Shown: positions 27,737-37,500 of the stretch, piece by piece
How positions within the stretch are numbered: position 1 is the stretch's first letter
Layout of the letters: every line of letters starts with the position of its first letter
From: an uncultured Bacilli bacterium
GTDB taxonomy: Bacteria > Bacillota_I > Bacilli_A > RF39 > UBA660
Reading direction: 5' to 3'
DNA length: 64,000 nt
Assembly (NCBI GenBank): GCA_910588025.1
Contig: CAJUQG010000003.1
Span: forward strand, 8,114-72,113
Made by a program: the position numbers and the translations under genes
Notes under the pieces: model-generated
What the model was told of the DNA's origin: nothing
Database searches by the model: none
Seen by the model: only the letters and a program-made list of their open reading frames with translations

Positions 27737-30700
27737 TTAAATTTTCATTTTACTTTTTTTATAATATAGATATCCAATACCAACTAGTGAAAGGATGGAA
27801 ATGATTCCATAACTAGCTACAGAAGAAATACCCGTTTGAGGATTCTTTATTTTTCGAATTGTCATCTCATGAGTTAATTTCATACCATTTACTTCGATAG
27901 TAAACGTAACTTTTCCAGGATTTATTCCTGTAATGATTCCAGATTCATCAATCGTAGCAATGGATTCATCACTTGATGAATAAGTATAAATTAAATCATC
28001 TGTAACATCGGTTGGATTTAAAGTAACATTTAATTTTGTTGTATCTCCAACATTTAATTCATTCACTGGATTTTCTAACGAAATACTTTCTAAATGAACT
28101 TCTGTTACATTTACTTCTACACTTTTTTCAAGGTCTTTATAAGTTGCAGTAATGGTTACAGTTCCTTCTTTTTTACCTGTTACGATACCAAATTCATTTA
28201 CTATAGCTATTTCTTCATCGCTACTTGTCCATTTAATTTGGTCTTTTTCAGTTGTATTTTCCGGTGTTACTAATACTTCTAATTGTTTTTCTTCTTTTCT
28301 TTTTATTTCTAATTTATCAGTTGCAAATTCCATATCTGTAATAGGAATGATTTCTACTTCTACTGTTACAGTTACTTTCATACCGTTTGATAATGATCCT
28401 GTAATCACTGATAATCCAGCATTTTTAGCTGTTACAATACCAGAATCATTTACAGTTGCAACTGATTCATTATTACTTGTCCAAGTAATTGTTTGATCTG
28501 TCGCGTTTTCTGGATTAATTTTTGTTACTATAGTAGATGTTGTACCTTTTAATACTTTGATGTTATCTTTAGAAACTAAATGAAAGCTTGTTACTGGAAT
28601 GACAACTTTTACAGTTATTTTGTCTTCTTTGGCACCAGATTTTGCTGTAATGATTGCTGTACCAGCATTTTTAGCAGTAATCATACCTAGATTATTGACA
28701 CTGACAATATTATTATCACTACTTGACCAGTTTAATGTATCTGAGTTATCACTTGGTTCTACTTTAGCTGTTAAATTATTTGTTGTATTGATATTCATTG
28801 TAATTTCTTTTTGGCTATTAATTGTAACCCTAGTGGTAGGAATGGTTACCGTAACATTTAATGAAGCAGTTAACCCATTTGAAGTTGTTGCTGTAATGGT
28901 TGCAGTACCTTTTCCAACTGATTTTACAACGCCGTTATTGTTTATTGTTGCAACACTGTTATCACTACTTGTCCAAGTAATGGTTTTATCACTAGAGGTT
29001 ATATTAGGTGTTAATTTTACTTCTAATTTTTCTTCTTGTCCTTTTCCTTCTAATGTTAGTGAATCTTTATTTAATTCTATTTTAGTAATTGGATCAATGA
29101 CTGTAATTGTAGAAGTTACAGTTTCTTTGTGTTGAGGGTTCATGTTACTAGTCCAAGTTGCCGTAATAATTGCAGTACTTGCAGAACCATCATTTGGTGA
29201 AATTGCTGTTACTTTTCCAAATTGATCAACAGTAGCTACAGAAGGATTACTACTTGTCCAAGTAATCAATCCAGTTTCTTCTGCACCAGTAGTTGGTGTA
29301 GCAATTAAATCAATTGTTTCTCCCTTTTTTAAAGTTTGATTTGGAATATTGATATTTAAGCCTTCTACTTCTTTTAGTACTTTAATTTTTCTTGTTTTTG
29401 TAATACTTCCACTTTGAATTGTTAGTGTAGTTTCTCCAGCATTTTTAGCAGTAATTAGTCCACTATTATCAACGGTTGCAATTGTGTTATCTAAAACACT
29501 CCAAGTGATAGTTTTATCATTTGCATTTGCTGGGATGACACTAGCTATTACTTTTTGTGTTTGATTTGGAAGTAATGTAATCGTATCTGTAATATCAATA
29601 GAAATATCTGTAACAGGAACATTTACGTTTACTTTAACAGAATCAGAATGATTACCTACCGTTAACGTAATCGTTGCTTCTCCACCATCTATCGCTGTTA
29701 CTTTTCCAAATTGATCAACAGTAGCTACAGAGGTATTACTACTGGTCCATTTTAATGTATCTGTAGTATCTGATGGTGTTACAACTCCAGTTAGTGTTTT
29801 TGTAGTATTTTTATCTATTGTAAAATCGGTTTCATTAATGGTAACACTTGTTGCAGGTGAAGTAACATTAAGTACTACACTATCTGTAAATTTTTCTGAT
29901 GTCTCATTGGAAGTTGCAGTTACACTAATAGTTATAGTCCCATTTTTTAAGATGCTTACTACCCCATTATTATTTACAGTAGCTACAGAGGTATTACTAC
30001 TTGTCCAAGTATAATTAATCGTATCACTTGTTGTACTTGGAGTTGTCTTAGTTGTAAGAGTAATTGGACCACTTAATGTATTTTTGTTTATTTCTAGTGT
30101 ATTATTTGTAATTTCGTTATTACTAATATTTACACCACGCAAGTGTTCTTTTACGTTTACTACTACTTCAAATTCTTTTTGGAAAGCAGTTACTTTGATT
30201 TTAGCAGTACCAATTTTTAAACCAGTTACTACGCCATTTTCTACTTTTACTACATCGAGTCCGTCAGTTATTTGATAAGTGAAATTTTTATCATCGGTTG
30301 TATCTTTTGGTGAATAATCAACTACAATATTATCATTTTTATTAGAGCTTCCTAAATCAATTTCTAGTGTTGGTGTTGTTAAATTAATACTACTTTCAAT
30401 CACAGGAACTCTTATAAATACACTTTCATTCACACCATTTACGGTTACTGGTGTAAGCGTTTGTCCGCCATCTGTTATTTTATTTGCTTCAATGTTTGTT
30501 AAAGTAATATCTGTTTTACCAGAAGCAGTTTCTAGTACTTCAAAAGTAATATCTCCAATATCTAAACTAGTATTGGTTGGAGCACCCATATACATGATTG
30601 ACCAAACTAAAAGTCCGTTTCCTTCATCCATTACATTTTCACTTGGGCTTGGATTTTTTGTTGTTGGATTGTAACTTATTAATTTTAATTTTGTAGGGTC

Positions 30701-30967
30701 ATAATTGATGAAGAAAGAAAGTGAATTAAATTCTTTATCGTTTTCAAAATCTAAGTGGTACGTTACTGTTTTTTTACTACCACTTTCACTACGATCAATG
30801 ATGGCATCTTGACCATTTTGAGCAGCGATAACTGGATTTGTTACACTTACTTTCAGGGTTGGAGTTGCATCTGCTACTGCATAGGCAATGACAGATACAA
30901 AACAGATTACACTAATGATTAAACCAGTCCACTTTTGTTTTAATTTCCATTTTCTTTTTTTTGTCAT
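27737..30967 (-). CDS. cell-wall-anchored surface protein: N-terminal cohesin-like module, ~9 Big_2 (Ig-like) repeats, C-terminal NPQTG sortase-B-type sorting signal
   Basis: Signal peptide; residues ~40-190 contain LSFFINYDPTKLKLISY, similar to the cohesin V-YDP--L signature. Repeated TWTSSN-SVATV...G-ATITA Big_2 units. C-terminus NPQTG + hydrophobic stretch + KKSKMKI tail. ATG at 30967 with AGAGGTG RBS. Confidence 0.75.
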   Translation of the reverse strand: MTKKRKWKLKQKWTGLIISVICFVSVIAYAVADATPTLKVSVTNPVIAAQNGQDAIIDRSESGSKKTVTYHLDFENDKEFNSLSFFINYDPTKLKLISYNPTTKNPSPSENVMDEGNGLLVWSIMYMGAPTNTSLDIGDITFEVLETASGKTDITLTNIEANKITDGGQTLTPVTVNGVNESVFIRVPVIESSINLTTPTLEIDLGSSNKNDNIVVDYSPKDTTDDKNFTYQITDGLDVVKVENGVVTGLKIGTAKIKVTAFQKEFEVVVNVKEHLRGVNISNNEITNNTLEINKNTLSGPITLTTKTTPSTTSDTINYTWTSSNTSVATVNNNGVVSILKNGTITISVTATSNETSEKFTDSVVLNVTSPATSVTINETDFTIDKNTTKTLTGVVTPSDTTDTLKWTSSNTSVATVDQFGKVTAIDGGEATITLTVGNHSDSVKVNVNVPVTDISIDITDTITLLPNQTQKVIASVIPANANDKTITWSVLDNTIATVDNSGLITAKNAGETTLTIQSGSITKTRKIKVLKEVEGLNINIPNQTLKKGETIDLIATPTTGAEETGLITWTSSNPSVATVDQFGKVTAISPNDGSASTAIITATWTSNMNPQHKETVTSTITVIDPITKIELNKDSLTLEGKGQEEKLEVKLTPNITSSDKTITWTSSDNSVATINNNGVVKSVGKGTATITATTSNGLTASLNVTVTIPTTRVTINSQKEITMNINTTNNLTAKVEPSDNSDTLNWSSSDNNIVSVNNLGMITAKNAGTAIITAKSGAKEDKITVKVVIPVTSFHLVSKDNIKVLKGTTSTIVTKINPENATDQTITWTSNNESVATVNDSGIVTAKNAGLSVITGSLSNGMKVTVTVEVEIIPITDMEFATDKLEIKRKEEKQLEVLVTPENTTEKDQIKWTSSDEEIAIVNEFGIVTGKKEGTVTITATYKDLEKSVEVNVTEVHLESISLENPVNELNVGDTTKLNVTLNPTDVTDDLIYTYSSSDESIATIDESGIITGINPGKVTFTIEVNGMKLTHEMTIRKIKNPQTGISSVASYGIISILSLVGIGYLYYKKSKMKI

Positions 30968-31042
30968 AGTAAACACCTCTATTATTAAGTTTATTTTATC
31001 ATTTTCTTTGATTAATTACTATCTATTTTCTTCTATTTTACA

Positions 31043-31930
31043 CTATTCACTTTTTAAGCCAAGACTTCTTCTTAAGATATAGTACACATCTCCAGCATCA
31101 ATACGATTGTTGTTATTGATATCTCCTCGGATTAACTCTTCAGCAGTTGGTTTATTTAATCCAAGACTCATTCTAAGAGCAAGATAATGATCCAACGGAT
31201 TTATTTTACCATCACCATTAATATCTCCTTTTAAATAATCAAGAACTGTTACTTTGGTTTGTAATGTTTTCATACCATAACTTGCAGTAACGTTTGTTTC
31301 ACCACTTTGATTGGCTTTTATTTTTCCATTACTATCTATACTTACTAATGTATTATTTTTAGAAGTAAAGGTGACTTTATTTGGAGAAATGATTAGTCCA
31401 TTTGGAACATACATTTCTAATTGATAAGTTTCTCCTACACTTAGTTTTAAATCACTTGCATTTAATTTTAATTCATCATAATTTACAATATTTATTTCCT
31501 TTTCTAAATTATTAGGAGATAAAGGTGTCGAATCTGCAAATGATAATTTGGGATTTTCTAATTTTAAATTAGCACTACAAGTATTTTCTTTTGCTTTTAA
31601 AGTAACTTTTAACATAGTAAAATCTTCTTTTGTTCCCATTAAATTACTGTAAGCAAATTTTTTACTTTTTTCATAATATGTAGCGAATGGATTTTGTATC
31701 TCCACTTTAACTACATCAAAACAAGTTTCATCACTTACGGAAATGATTCCACCTGCAGATATTAATTCAGATCCCTGAATACTACTAAATATAAGATTTT
31801 GAGTGAATTCTTCTGTTATTTCAAATAATTCATTTCCTTCCCATGCTATATTGGCGGAAGAACTTGCGTATACACACATGGGTATTGCTAAGAGCAATAA
31901 AAAGGAGATGAAAATATGATTTTTCTTCAT
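31043..31930 (-). CDS. secreted dockerin-bearing protein (beta-sandwich module + Big_2-like + type-I-like dockerin)
   Basis: Signal peptide; C-terminus GDINGDGKINPLDHYLALRMSLGL...RGDINNNNRIDAGDVYYILRRSLGL fits the duplicated calcium-binding dockerin repeat. N-terminal domain is homologous to the N-terminus of the next gene. Confidence 0.75.
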   Translation of the reverse strand: MKKNHIFISFLLLLAIPMCVYASSSANIAWEGNELFEITEEFTQNLIFSSIQGSELISAGGIISVSDETCFDVVKVEIQNPFATYYEKSKKFAYSNLMGTKEDFTMLKVTLKAKENTCSANLKLENPKLSFADSTPLSPNNLEKEINIVNYDELKLNASDLKLSVGETYQLEMYVPNGLIISPNKVTFTSKNNTLVSIDSNGKIKANQSGETNVTASYGMKTLQTKVTVLDYLKGDINGDGKINPLDHYLALRMSLGLNKPTAEELIRGDINNNNRIDAGDVYYILRRSLGLKSE

Positions 31931-31948
31931 ACAAACTCTCCTTTCTAA

Positions 31949-34312
31949 TTATTCATGATAGCGATTTGATCTTGATTTTCTTGCTTCTTCTTTTCTTAAA
32001 GCTTCTTTTTCGCGATTTAATCGTTCTTGTTCATATAATAGTTTTAATTTTTTAGAATCTTTGGTTTCAATTGCTTCATTAATAGCATCAAAGATTTCAT
32101 CTTTTGTGACAATTTCATCATATGGATCATATGGAATTTCTTCATATTTTGCTTCTTTTGTATTTTCTTTGTCTTCTTTAAATTTCGTTTCTAATTCTTT
32201 TTCTGGATAACCAGTGTATTGATTTAATACTCCTCCAGCTTCTACAACATCATCATCTGTTCCATTTTTAGATCCAAAATTAAATTCAGGTTTAAATTCA
32301 ATTACTGGCGATGAAGGTGACGCTCCATGAGCATCTACTACTGGAATTTTTGGAGTTTCTTCTTCTTTTCTTTTCTTTAGTAATAAAATTAGAATAAAGG
32401 TTAATATTCCAATTAATAATAATGATCCAAAAAGTAATAACCATTGTCCAAGAGTAAGTCCTAAAAAGGTACTCTTTCCTTCTTTTGTAACATTTAAACG
32501 GTAGTATTGAACGAATCCATTTTCATCTGTTACTTTAATTAAAATAGCATTGTTTCCTTCTCTTAAATTTTCATTTCCTATAATTTCTACTTGGGAATTT
32601 TCAAATTCAGGAATAGCAGTAATATCAAGTTTATTTACTTTTCCTGTTACAGAAACTTCATATTCATATTTATTTGATTCAAATCTTGGAGATATTTCTC
32701 CGTTTGTAATAATTAAATCTTTTAATTTATTTTGATTTACTTTTTCACTACGATTTACATTAATTGTATAAACTCTTAAAGAGCCATCTTCTGCTCTTAC
32801 CTCAATAGTAACTACATTCATTCCAATTTTAAAATTGTCATTTCCTATAATACTAACAGAGGCATTTTTATCTTCAGCAAATAATTTTAAATCTAGTGAT
32901 TCAACATCATTTGGTACTGTGATATTATAACTATTATTATTTTTATCAAATCCTGGTTTTAATTCTCCATCATTTACCATAATACTTTCTAAGTAATTAT
33001 TAGCAGATTTTGAAGGAGCGTTTGTATTAGATGCTGATTTACGATTTACATTAACAATATAAACTTTTTCAGAACCATCTTCTGCTGTAACTGTAATACG
33101 TACAGTATTTACTCCTTCTTTCCAACCATTGTTACCACTTATTTTTACAGTAGCTTTTTCATCGTTTGGAAGAGCTGTTACATTTAAACCAGTAATGTTA
33201 TTATTTACACTAATATTATAAGATGTTACATCTTTGTTAAAAGTTGGAATTAAAGTAAATCCTGAAACATCTAAGCTTTTTAGAGTTGCATCACTATTTT
33301 TAGCTGGAACATCTGGTTGTTCATCTCTTTTTGTTACTGCTACTTCATATGTTTTTGTTGTTCCATCTTCTGCTTTTACAATGATACTACAAGTTGTTGT
33401 TTTATCAGTAAGATTACATGTTTCGCCACTTACAATCGATGCTTTATCATGATTTGGAATGGCATCAAATTTTACACTAGTCGCATTAGAAGCTGTTTCC
33501 ATTGTGTAACTTGTTGTATTTGGAGTAAAGGATGGTGATAAAGTATTACCAGTAGATGTTAAAGATTTTAGGGTTGCATCATTGCTTTTTCCTGGAACAA
33601 CTGGATCTGGATCTTTTTTTGTAACTACTACTTTGTAAGTTTTTGTTGTTCCGTCTTCTGCTTTTACGGTAATATTACAAGTTGTTACTTTAGAAGATAA
33701 ATTACATGTTCTACCACTTGTTACACTTGCTTTTGGATCTGTTACTGAAGTATTAAAGGTGATACTTCCTGTATTAGCTGGAATACTATCAATAGTATAA
33801 TTAGTAGTTCCAGCGTTAAAGGCTGGTGAAAGTGTACCTACACTTGGTGATAATGATTTTAAAGTTGCATCACTACCAGCTGCTCTTACTGTGATTGTTT
33901 TTGAGAATGTTGCTGGAGATAATCCTGTATCATCTGCGAATGCTAATTTTGGTTTTGTAATATTGATTGTAGCTGTACAAGGAGAGGATCCAGCTGTAAA
34001 TTTAACAGTTGTAAGTTGCGTGTCATTTCTTGTACCATTTAAATCAGTCCATGCAAATTTTCTAGAACCAGTATAACTTAGACAAGTATTATCTGAAGAT
34101 GATATTTCCCCACCTACAGAAATGATTTCTGATCCTTGAATACCAGTTGCCCAAATAGTCATTGTTAATTCTTGTCCAACGAGAACTGTATCATTACCAC
34201 GCCATTCAAATCTTGCAGTAGTACCATCTGCAGCAAAAGATTGTGGTAATCCTGCTGCTATTAATAAGCTTATAGCAATGGATAAGATTCCTATTCTTAA
34301 TTTTCGTTTCAT
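31949..34312 (-). CDS. type-I membrane surface protein with cadherin-like beta-sandwich repeats and a ~170-aa charged cytoplasmic tail
   Basis: Signal peptide, N-terminal domain paralogous to 31043..31930, at least 5 repeats of (N/S)DATLKSL...LSP-F-P-TT-Y...V-AEDG-T-KTY (cadherin-like PF12733 type). Single TM (LLLFGSLLLIGILTFILILLL) then K/E-rich tail. ATG 34312 with GGAGGA RBS. Confidence 0.75.
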   Translation of the reverse strand: MKRKLRIGILSIAISLLIAAGLPQSFAADGTTARFEWRGNDTVLVGQELTMTIWATGIQGSEIISVGGEISSSDNTCLSYTGSRKFAWTDLNGTRNDTQLTTVKFTAGSSPCTATINITKPKLAFADDTGLSPATFSKTITVRAAGSDATLKSLSPSVGTLSPAFNAGTTNYTIDSIPANTGSITFNTSVTDPKASVTSGRTCNLSSKVTTCNITVKAEDGTTKTYKVVVTKKDPDPVVPGKSNDATLKSLTSTGNTLSPSFTPNTTSYTMETASNATSVKFDAIPNHDKASIVSGETCNLTDKTTTCSIIVKAEDGTTKTYEVAVTKRDEQPDVPAKNSDATLKSLDVSGFTLIPTFNKDVTSYNISVNNNITGLNVTALPNDEKATVKISGNNGWKEGVNTVRITVTAEDGSEKVYIVNVNRKSASNTNAPSKSANNYLESIMVNDGELKPGFDKNNNSYNITVPNDVESLDLKLFAEDKNASVSIIGNDNFKIGMNVVTIEVRAEDGSLRVYTINVNRSEKVNQNKLKDLIITNGEISPRFESNKYEYEVSVTGKVNKLDITAIPEFENSQVEIIGNENLREGNNAILIKVTDENGFVQYYRLNVTKEGKSTFLGLTLGQWLLLFGSLLLIGILTFILILLLKKRKEEETPKIPVVDAHGASPSSPVIEFKPEFNFGSKNGTDDDVVEAGGVLNQYTGYPEKELETKFKEDKENTKEAKYEEIPYDPYDEIVTKDEIFDAINEAIETKDSKKLKLLYEQERLNREKEALRKEEARKSRSNRYHE

Positions 34313-34335
34313 TTTAAATCCTCCAAACAATATTT

Positions 34336-34350
34336 ATAGAGCATATGCTC
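34336..34350. promoter_or_regulatory. palindrome GGAGCATATGCTCT between the -10 (TTGTATAAT) and the RBS of gene 31949..34312
   Basis: Perfect 12-14 bp inverted repeat in the 5' leader, 25 nt upstream of the start codon. Operator or leader hairpin candidate. Confidence 0.3.
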
Positions 34351-34469
34351 CTTATTATTAAATTTATTATACAACTTTTATAACATTACTGTCTACAAAA
34401 TTCGACATTATTCTGCAAAATAAAAATGGGATGTTATTTCTTTTTAGTCCTTCAAATTTGGGAATAAAC

Positions 34470-34500
34470 TAATAGAAAAAAATGCAGACTTATTTTAGTC
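34470..34500 (-). terminator. Rho-independent terminator after the 34511..41806 gene
   Basis: Minus strand tgtagactaaaataagtctgca hairpin (8-bp stem, 1 mismatch) followed by TTTTTTT, 11-40 nt after the stop. Confidence 0.5.
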
Positions 34501-34510
34501 TACATTTAAT

Positions 34511-37500
34511 TTATTCAATTGGTCTTGGATGAATAAAACTTCTCTCTAGATAATGGTTAATTACTTTTCCTGAATCTAGTGGGTCAATCTCTCCATCAAT
34601 ATTTATATCACCAGCGATTGCATATGCATTTAAAAGTTCTGTTCTTTCTAGATAATGGTTAATAATTTTTCCAGAATCTAATGGGTCAATTATTCCATCA
34701 CCATTAACATCTCCAAGAACTACAATTGTTTTTGAATCTTTTTCTACTCCATCAATTATTAATTTGATAACCATTCCAGTTCCAACATATTCATCTTCTG
34801 CTATTTCTGTGATTCCATCTTCTTGATAAATGAATAGTTTGCTGTTTTCATTATCTAATTGATCTTTTAGTTCTGAAGGAGCGATTTCATCTGTAACAGA
34901 TAAAATATAATCATCGTTAATTGTATGACCAAATGTTATAGAAGTAATTTTTTCTTCTACTACGTCGACACGATTTATTTTCACCACATAAGTTTCACTA
35001 TTGCCATCTTCCGCTGTGACAACGATAGTAACTGAAGTTTCTCCAACTGGTAAATTATCTAGTGTTTTGGTACTTCCTGAAACATAATCTTCCCCATTTA
35101 TTTTGATAAGAGCACCACTATGTTCTGAAGTAGCAATGAAATCTATGGTATTTAAATCATTTGATAAATCTACTGTATATTCATACACTTCTTTACCAAA
35201 GCTTGGAGTAAGTGTTCCTGCTCCCACCGTTATATTACTTAAGAAGGCATTATTACTTGGTGTTTTGGTATAAGCAATTTCATACGTTGTTTTAGTTGTG
35301 TTATCCTCAGCAGTTACTTCGACTTTAATCGTTCCACTGGTATTTGGAAGATTTACGGTACTACTTGATTGTTCGACATCATTTACATAGTATTTTATAC
35401 TTGCTAAGGTATCACTTAATGAGGCTTCTATTTTTAAAGAGGCAAGATTGTATGGAATATCTCCAATACTATAATGATTATCTGCTGCACTACCAAAGTT
35501 TGGAGTTAAAGCATATTCTTTGGTTGTATCTGTTACATCCATCACTTTTAAATCTGTTAAAGAGGCATCATTACTTGCTGTATAATCTGCTCTTTCAATA
35601 TCAACGGTATAAGTTTCTTCATCCCCATTTTGAGCAGTTACGACAATGGTTACGGTTGTTTTACCAACTGCTAAACTGCTAAATGTTTTGGTTAGTACTT
35701 CTTCTCCATTCATTGTTACAGTAGAAGTATTATCTTCTTTTGTCACATTTAATCTTACTGTATCTAAATCATTTGGAATGCTAATTTTATACGTTTTTAC
35801 TTCTGGTTTAAATGGTTCACTTAAACTTAAAGCGTTATTTTCTTTATCAAATGCTTCGATATTCGATAAGTTGTTATTAAAAGAATTTACTTTGGTATAA
35901 GAAATCGTATAAGTTTTGGTAGCGATTTTATCTGCTGCTAGGACTCTTACTTCGACATTTTTTGCACCTAAGGCCGAATCAAGGGTTATTTCACAACTTG
36001 AGGCATCATGACAACTTGTAATTTCGTTGTTATCGTAATAATAAGATACCGTGGCATTGGTATTTGTCTTTCCAGCATTGATATGTAATTTATCTACTGC
36101 TTGGAAGATGTTTCCAATACTATAGTTTTCTTTTTCACTTTCAAATGTTACTTCATTTGTTCCATCGGTAAATGGATATTCATCTACTGATAAGGTATTT
36201 AGGGTTGCTTCATCACTTGCTGATATTTCAATGTTAAAGGTATAAGTTTTATCTGGGGCATTAGTATCTTCTGGATGAACCGTTAAGATAATTGGAGTAT
36301 CTGCTACATTAAATGTCCCATTTCCATCTACGGTTGCTGCGGCAATAGATGGTATTCCTTCAATATCAATACTCGTGGTACCAAATGGTACTACGATAGT
36401 ATACGTATCATTGGTTGGTGATAATGTTTCTTTTAGTGAACCAACATTTAATTTGACTTCTTTTAATGTCGCATTGGTTGAAGCTGGTTTTTTCACAGTA
36501 ATGGTATAATGTTCTTCTGTATCATTTTCCGCTTTTACGGTAATGTGATAAATATTATCACCAGTTACTAATTCTAAGTCATTATCTTCTAATGTTACCG
36601 TTGAAGTTGGTTCTACGGCTTCGGCAAGTATTTCAGAAGCAAGTAATTTTTCTTTGGTTTCTTCTACATTGATTGTGTAGTTTTTCGTATTTTCAAAGTC
36701 AATCGCTTCTTCAAAGGTATAGGTACCTACGGTTAATGTTTTTAAGTAGGCATTGCCATTTTTGGCACGATTTACTTTAATTTTATAAGTTAAAGTTTTG
36801 GTTGTATCTTCTGCTACAGTATGAATTTCAATGGTGTTTTCTCCAGTATTTAAACTATGAGTAGTATTTCCACTTGTTATCGAAGCATCCGTATCCGTAG
36901 TTTCTCCAGAAATAATAATGTTTTTGATTTCATTTCCAACATCTGGAATGGTATATTCATATACACCATCTTGTAAGGTTATTTCTGTTTCTGTATCTGA
37001 CATATTAAACTTATAAGCTAATTTTTTTAAAGTAGCATCGGTTTTTGGTAATTTTATTATTTCAACATAGTATTTGGCTTCAATTCCTGATTCACTTGTA
37101 ATGGTAAATTCTTTGGTTACAGTACCAGTGGAAATGCTATAGGTATCAGAAGTTCCTGCATCAACACCTAAGTATTCGATTTGGGCTAAGGCACTATCCG
37201 ATACAGCATCAAAGATGACTTTATCTACTGTACCAGGAATTGTTACAGTAAAACGATTTAATTGACTTGCGTGAGCATTGACAACAAATTCATTTCCCTC
37301 TGTATCTTTGATTTTTAATGATTTTAAAGAATTTACTCTACTTTGTTCTCTTAGAATTTTCAAAGTATAAGTTTCTTTCTTACCATTTTCCGCGGTTACT
37401 TCAATGGTGAAGGTTTCATCGGAAGATGCTAGAGTAACTGTTTTTAAATCGCCATCTTTAATTTTTTGATGAGCTTCTCCCAGTTCCGCATCTATTTGAA

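Noticed and set aside
28152-30674. Several plus-strand ORFs (28152..28496, 28599..29135, 30084..30275, 30492..30674) within the Big_2 protein gene
   Set aside because: These are antisense to a well-supported repeat-protein gene; Thr/Val/Ser-rich repeats leave the opposite strand open.
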